Shown here in pieces: positions 59,275-64,000 of a DNA stretch of 64,000 nt (the first letter of the stretch is position 1; each line of letters opens with the position of its first letter). The stretch is from Gammaproteobacteria bacterium (GTDB lineage: Bacteria; Pseudomonadota; Gammaproteobacteria; Steroidobacterales; PWYM01). The position numbers and the translations under genes are program-made. Where the stretch lies: NCBI GenBank assembly GCA_003567475.1, contig PWZL01000048.1, forward strand, positions 1,518-65,517. Direction: 5' to 3'. Under the pieces are notes generated by a model that was not told the origin of the DNA, ran no database searches, and saw nothing but the letters and a program-made list of their open reading frames with translations.

Positions 59275-61155
59275 ATGAACAAATTCCCGCTCTGGAAAAA
59301 TCTGCTGGTCCTGCTGGTGCTGGTGTTCGGCATGCTGTTCGCATTGCCGAACCTGTTCCCGGAAGATCCGGCGGTACAGATCGCTGCGCGTGACGATTCG
59401 GCGCTGGAGGCTGCCGAACTCGCCCGCGTCCGCCAGATTCTCGATGACCAGACGCTGGACTATCGCAGCATCGCCCTGCGCGATGGCCGGATCAGCGTGC
59501 GCTTCGAATCCGTCGATGACCAGCTTCGCGCGGCCGATACCCTGCGGGGGATCCTCAACCCGCGGACCCAGGATTACGTGGTCGCACTGGTCCTGGCCCC
59601 GCGGCTGCCCACCTGGGTGCGCACCCTGGGGCTGCAGCCGATGAGCCTGGGGCTGGATCTGCGCGGCGGTGTCCATTTCCTGTTTGAAGTGGACATGGAT
59701 GCTGCGATCGACCAGGTGCTGCGCCGCTACCAGGAAGGGATCTCCGTCATGCTGCGCGACGAGCGTATTCCGCGGCGGGTGCGGGTCGATGGCGAGCAGG
59801 TCGTGGTGACGGTCAATAGCGAAGAAGACGCGCAGCGCGCCGAGACCATGTTGCGGCGCATGGACGACCCGCTGCAGATTCGTCGTGGCGCGGATGGCGA
59901 GCGGCCAGCATTGTACCTGACGCTCAGCGAGGAACAGGTGCAGGAGCGCCGGGACTTCGCCATCCAGCAGAACACCATCACGCTGCGCAATCGCGTCAAC
60001 GAGCTCGGCGTCGCCGAACCGCTGGTCGCCCGGCAGGGCGCTGATCGCATCGTCGTGCAGTTGCCGGGTGTGCAGGACCCGCGCCAGGCGGAAGTGGTGC
60101 TGGGGGCCACGGCCACGCTGGAATTTCGTCTGGTCGATACCGAGAACGATCCGATCGAGGCCGCGCGTCGCGGGCGCGCACCGATCAATACCGAGCTTTA
60201 CTACGAGCGCAATGGTGCGCCAGTGCTGCTCAGCCGAGACATCATTGTCACCGGCGACCAGCTGACCAATGCGAGCTCCGGATTCTCCGAAGGACGCCCG
60301 GCCGTGTTCGTGAACCTGGATTCCCAGGGTGCCCGACGCATGCTGCAGACCACCCAGGCCAACCTCGGGCGGCCGATGGCGGTGCTGTTCATCGAGGAAC
60401 GACGGAATCTCGTGGAGCAGGACGGCGAGTTGGTCGAGGTATCAGAGACCATCCGCGAGGTCATCAGCGTCGCGACCATCCAGGGCGTGTTCTCCAGCCG
60501 CTTCCAGATCACCGGCCTGGCGACCACCGAGGCGCGTGATCTCGCCCTGCTGTTGCGGGCCGGTGCGCTGGCGGCGCCCATCTTCAAGGTCGAGGAGCGC
60601 ACTATCGGACCAAGCCTCGGGCAGGACAATATCGACCGGGGCATGCAGGCTGTGGTGCTCGGCTTTGCCCTGGTGGTGATTTTCATGATCGCCTACTACC
60701 GGGTCTTCGGGCTGGTGGCCAACCTCGCGCTGCTGACCAACGTCGTCTTGGTCGTCGCCCTGCTGTCGCTGTTGCAGGCCTCGCTGACGCTTCCCGGTAT
60801 CGCCGGCATCGTGCTGACCGTGGGTATGGCGGTCGATGCCAACGTGCTGATCTTCGAGCGTATCCGCGAGGAACTGCGTAACGGCAACTCGCCGCAGGCC
60901 GCGATTGCCGCGGGCTACGACAAGGCCTTTTCGTCGATCGCCGATGCGAACATCACCACCCTGATCGCTGCCGTCGTGTTGTTCACTTTCGGGACCGGGC
61001 CGATCAAGGGATTCGCCGTGACGTTGTCGCTTGGCATCATCACGTCGATGTTTACGGCCATCATCGGCACCCGTGCGGTCATCAACCTGATTTACGGCGG
61101 TCGTCGGGTCCAGCGGCTGTCGATTGGCGGGAGTTTGATTCATGCCCCAGGCTAA
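59275..61155 (+). CDS. secD: Protein translocase subunit SecD
   Basis: 626 aa. MNKFPLWKNLLVLLVLVFG...LGLDLRGGVHFLFEVD...GPSLGQDNI...LTLPGIAGIVLTVGMAVDANVLIFERIREE is canonical SecD. Confidence 0.95.
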   Translation: MNKFPLWKNLLVLLVLVFGMLFALPNLFPEDPAVQIAARDDSALEAAELARVRQILDDQTLDYRSIALRDGRISVRFESVDDQLRAADTLRGILNPRTQDYVVALVLAPRLPTWVRTLGLQPMSLGLDLRGGVHFLFEVDMDAAIDQVLRRYQEGISVMLRDERIPRRVRVDGEQVVVTVNSEEDAQRAETMLRRMDDPLQIRRGADGERPALYLTLSEEQVQERRDFAIQQNTITLRNRVNELGVAEPLVARQGADRIVVQLPGVQDPRQAEVVLGATATLEFRLVDTENDPIEAARRGRAPINTELYYERNGAPVLLSRDIIVTGDQLTNASSGFSEGRPAVFVNLDSQGARRMLQTTQANLGRPMAVLFIEERRNLVEQDGELVEVSETIREVISVATIQGVFSSRFQITGLATTEARDLALLLRAGALAAPIFKVEERTIGPSLGQDNIDRGMQAVVLGFALVVIFMIAYYRVFGLVANLALLTNVVLVVALLSLLQASLTLPGIAGIVLTVGMAVDANVLIFERIREELRNGNSPQAAIAAGYDKAFSSIADANITTLIAAVVLFTFGTGPIKGFAVTLSLGIITSMFTAIIGTRAVINLIYGGRRVQRLSIGGSLIHAPG

Positions 61156-62089
61156 GACGGGCAAGGTGCTGGACATCAACTTCCTCGGCCCGAGGAAGAT
61201 TTTTTTCGCGCTGTCGGCGATTCTGATCGTGGCCTCGATTGCCTCGGTGCTCACGCGCGGGCTGAACTTCGGCATCGATTTCACGGGCGGTGTGTTGCTC
61301 GAGGTTGGCTATCCGAGAGCAGCGGAGCTGGAGAACATCCGCAGTCTGCTGCAGGCGTCGGGCTACGAAGGGGCGCTGGTTCAGAACTTTGGCACGGCGA
61401 CGGATGTGCTGGTGCGCTTGCCGCCGCAAGCGGAAGGCATGGACGGCAGCGCGATCCGCGATACCGTACTCTCCCTGCTGCGTCAGCAGGAACCTGCGGT
61501 AGACCTGCGGCGGGTGGAGTTCGTCGGGCCGCAGGTGGGCGATGAGCTGACCGAGCAGGGCGCGCTGGCGATGCTCTTTGCGCTGCTGATGATTCTGGCC
61601 TACGTGTCTTTCCGCTTCCAGTGGAAATTCTCGCTTGGCGCCGTGGCGGCGCTCGCCCACGATGTGATCATCACCATCGGTATTTTCTCTTTGCTGCAAA
61701 TCCCCTTCGATCTCGCCGTGCTGGCGGCGATTCTGGCGGTCATCGGTTACTCGCTGAACGACACCATCGTGATTTTCGATCGTATCCGCGAGAATTTCCT
61801 GCGGCTGCGCCGGGAAACGTCCGAGCAGGTGATGAATGTCTCGATCAACCAGACGCTTGCCCGTACGATTGTCACCGGCCTGACGACACTGCTGGTGCTG
61901 TTCGCGCTGCTGTTCGTGGGTGGTGATGCCCTCTATGGCTTCTCGCTGGCGTTGATTATCGGCGTCGTGGTCGGGACCTACTCGTCGATCTACACCGCCA
62001 GCGCGACCGCGCTTGCGCTCAATGTCTCCACCGTGGACCTGCTGCCGCCGCAGAAGGAAGAGGATGAGACGCTGAAAGAGCTGCCCTGA
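61142..62089 (+). CDS. secF: Protein translocase subunit SecF
   Basis: 315 aa. GLNFGIDFTGG...VGPQVGDELTEQG...GYSLNDTIVIFDRIREN is canonical SecF. There is a 14-nt overlap with secD. Confidence 0.95.
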   Translation: MPQAKTGKVLDINFLGPRKIFFALSAILIVASIASVLTRGLNFGIDFTGGVLLEVGYPRAAELENIRSLLQASGYEGALVQNFGTATDVLVRLPPQAEGMDGSAIRDTVLSLLRQQEPAVDLRRVEFVGPQVGDELTEQGALAMLFALLMILAYVSFRFQWKFSLGAVAALAHDVIITIGIFSLLQIPFDLAVLAAILAVIGYSLNDTIVIFDRIRENFLRLRRETSEQVMNVSINQTLARTIVTGLTTLLVLFALLFVGGDALYGFSLALIIGVVVGTYSSIYTASATALALNVSTVDLLPPQKEEDETLKELP

Positions 62090-62139
62090 ACGGCGTCCCG
62101 CAACTGCGGTGGTGCCGGACAGGTTTGATGGGCTGCAGC

Positions 62140-63135
62140 TCAGCCGGCGCCTAACAGGCGCAGCATCCGCTCGCTCACCGCGGGCGCCGAGATGCTGGCT
62201 GCCGCGGCAATGTGTTGCTCCGTGACGGGATGCCCGTGACGAATAAGCCTTTCGGCGACCGCGTGCAGTGCATCGACGTTGCTCGGGCCTGCCCTGGACA
62301 GGGTCTGCATGAGCGCGTCCTGGCCACTGGTTGTCTCCGCCGTATCGACCCCGAGGGCCACCAGCGTCTCCAGGCGACGGGCGGCCTCCTGCGGGGGCAG
62401 CTGGCCGCCCGCGGCATGGCTGATGAATGTCCCGAGTACGGTGTTGCCATTCAGTGGGTTGCGAGCGGTCAGGTCCGGCAGATGGCCCTGAGTGGCCAGG
62501 CTGGCAATGTCATCGACGCGGCCCTGCCATGCCAGCGACAGCACGCTCCAGTCGGGGAGCGGCAGTCCACTTGCGCTCAGTTGCTCGAGTTCGGCGAGGC
62601 TGATCTCGCCGGTGTTGAGTCCAAGCTGGAGTTCCAGTTCCCGGTAATCCTGGCCGGTGCGGCGCGCCTGCTCGTGAATTCGGGCACGCATCGCCTGCCA
62701 GCTCAAGCCACCTCCCATCAATGCCAGGTAGAAGTCCGCTTCATCGGCCCCCAGGGTAGTGTCCAGCAGCGCCCGCCACTGGGCGTAGAGCGCCCCCTGG
62801 CCTGCCCGGAACTCCGGCAGCTGCGCGGCGACGTCGGTCCAGGCTGCGGCCAGGTCCGGCAGTGGACCGGAATCGCTCGCGCCCACGGTCGCCGGAGACG
62901 ATGCCGGGTCGGGCCCTGATCCTTCTGACTGAGCGGCGAGCGCGTCTGCAGGCGTCGCCAGCGCCACCGCAGCGTGAGAGTGCTCGCGGGTCGTCGAGGC
63001 CCCTGTGGCCCCGGGCGCAGACCTCTCCAGACTGTTTGCCGGCGGCTGCGGCGCGGCGGCATGGCGGGACCAGGTCCAGGCTGTCGCCAGCGCCAGACCG
63101 ACCACGGCAGCGCCGATCAAGGTCACTCTGTTCAT
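62140..63135 (-). CDS. Hypothetical membrane-anchored protein (N-terminal TM, Ala/Pro/Ser-rich linker, helical-repeat C-terminus, possibly ankyrin-like)
   Basis: The ATG at 63135 has a strong AGGAGG 6 nt upstream. The N-terminus MNRVTLIGAAVVGLALATAWTW is a TM anchor or signal. A low-complexity linker follows. The C-terminal segments (…NGNTVLGTFISHAAGG…, …GQDALMQTLSRAGPSNVDALHAVAERLIRHGHPV…) are faintly ankyrin-like. No confident family. Confidence 0.55.
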   Translation of the reverse strand: MNRVTLIGAAVVGLALATAWTWSRHAAAPQPPANSLERSAPGATGASTTREHSHAAVALATPADALAAQSEGSGPDPASSPATVGASDSGPLPDLAAAWTDVAAQLPEFRAGQGALYAQWRALLDTTLGADEADFYLALMGGGLSWQAMRARIHEQARRTGQDYRELELQLGLNTGEISLAELEQLSASGLPLPDWSVLSLAWQGRVDDIASLATQGHLPDLTARNPLNGNTVLGTFISHAAGGQLPPQEAARRLETLVALGVDTAETTSGQDALMQTLSRAGPSNVDALHAVAERLIRHGHPVTEQHIAAAASISAPAVSERMLRLLGAG

Positions 63136-63200
63136 GGGCTGTCCTCCTGTATCAGCACGATGACGATGACGGGGGGTGCACTGCCGTGATCTGCGCGGAC

Positions 63201-63773
63201 CTATGCCGGTGCCTCGCAGCCGGCCGCGCGCGGCCCGCGGACGGGATCGTCGGCGATGGTCTGGCAGCGCTCCTCGAGAGCCTGCGCGATGCTGTTGCAT
63301 TGCCCTGCGACCAGCGCTGTCAGCATGACGTCCGCGGGAACCAGCTCCCAGGCCAGGCGGAACGTCGGATTCAGCGTCAGCAGTCCCTTGGCGAACAGAA
63401 ACAGTCCGCCGGTGCAGTAGGGTGTGAGTGCGCGGTAGAAGCGCTGACAGTCGTTTTTCCACTGGTCGATCAGCAGGGCGCATGCCTCTGCCAGCGCTGC
63501 GTCATCCTGCGGTGGTTCGGGCACCAGTTCCGGTGTCAGCGGCAGCGTGTCCAGTGGGTTGAACAGCCAGGGTGCCGTCCATTCCAGCTCATTGAGCTGC
63601 CAGAGCGCCTCGTGACCCTCGAGCCAGGGCGCCGTCACGATGATCTCATCGATCTGTTCCATCAGATTGCCGGCACTCCAGCTGCCGTCCAGCGCCGTGT
63701 CGACATCAAAGGCCTGTGCCACGGCAGGGGCTGTACTGACCCAAAACAGGCAAAGCATGCGCAAGATTTTCAT
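63201..63773 (-). CDS. Hypothetical secreted cysteine-containing protein
   Basis: 190 aa. The signal peptide is MKILRMLCLFWVSTAPAVAQA. A TAPWL motif occurs twice, and six Cys lie in the mature part. GGGAGGAG precedes the ATG. I recognise no family. Confidence 0.55.
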   Translation of the reverse strand: MKILRMLCLFWVSTAPAVAQAFDVDTALDGSWSAGNLMEQIDEIIVTAPWLEGHEALWQLNELEWTAPWLFNPLDTLPLTPELVPEPPQDDAALAEACALLIDQWKNDCQRFYRALTPYCTGGLFLFAKGLLTLNPTFRLAWELVPADVMLTALVAGQCNSIAQALEERCQTIADDPVRGPRAAGCEAPA

Positions 63774-63902
63774 GACCCACTCCTCCCTGAGAGATCGACG
63801 CCCTCCTTGGCGCCGTACTGTCGAGATTAGGGGTCGGGAGGACGCCGGGCCATCCGGGAATCCGGCGGGTTTGCGCAGTTACGGACGTTCCGGCGGCGGT
63901 TC

Positions 63903-64000
63903 AATCGGCCCGATGCAGGCGTCGTCTCAGCAGGAATGCCGCCAGTACGACGACATGCAGCAGTATCGCGACCGCCAGGCTGAAGGCAGCAAACGCCAGC
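63903..64000 (-). CDS. C-terminal end of a membrane protein (gene starts beyond the window end)
   Basis: The minus-strand frame reads ...LAFAAFSLAVAILLHVVVLAAFLLRRRLHRAD-stop (TGA at 63903-63905), a hydrophobic helix followed by a basic tail. The fragment is too short to classify. Confidence 0.3.

Overview
A 64-kb, very GC-rich, gene-dense chromosomal segment that looks gammaproteobacterial. Core syntenies are queA-tgt-yajC-secD-secF, xerD-dsbC, hemN, gpmA, zapE, fdxA and tRNA-Leu(CAA). I call about 58 protein genes, one tRNA, one TPP riboswitch and a few hairpins. The GC richness produces many long antisense or out-of-frame ORFs in the six-frame track. I chose real genes by recognisable protein families, signal peptides, SD-like motifs and start/stop coupling, and moved several starts downstream of the track's ORF start.

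Content is mainly metabolic:
- an amidase / alpha-beta hydrolase / acoABC / moaB cluster
- a TPP-riboswitch-controlled TonB receptor-PnuT-kinase thiamine salvage operon
- two further TonB-dependent receptors
- a second E1alpha/E1beta/E2 2-oxoacid dehydrogenase set, start/stop-coupled to a giant NAD-glutamate dehydrogenase and followed by a NYN/LOTUS protein
- ketone-body and fatty-acid genes (acetoacetyl-CoA synthetase, ETF-QO, thiolase, TesB)

I see no transposase, phage gene, integron, CRISPR array, toxin-antitoxin pair or recognisable defence system, and no compelling evidence for a wholly new system. The best second-look candidates are:
1. a tightly coupled TonB receptor / acyl-CoA ligase / hydrolase / PHB-depolymerase-type esterase operon under a divergent TetR regulator with an AT-rich operator
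2. the 2-oxoacid dehydrogenase-GDH-NYN/LOTUS gene string
3. an aminotransferase overlapping a single-POTRA Omp85 gene
4. a two-gene secreted/membrane module of unknown function after secF

All functional calls come from reading the translated sequence. No database search was run.
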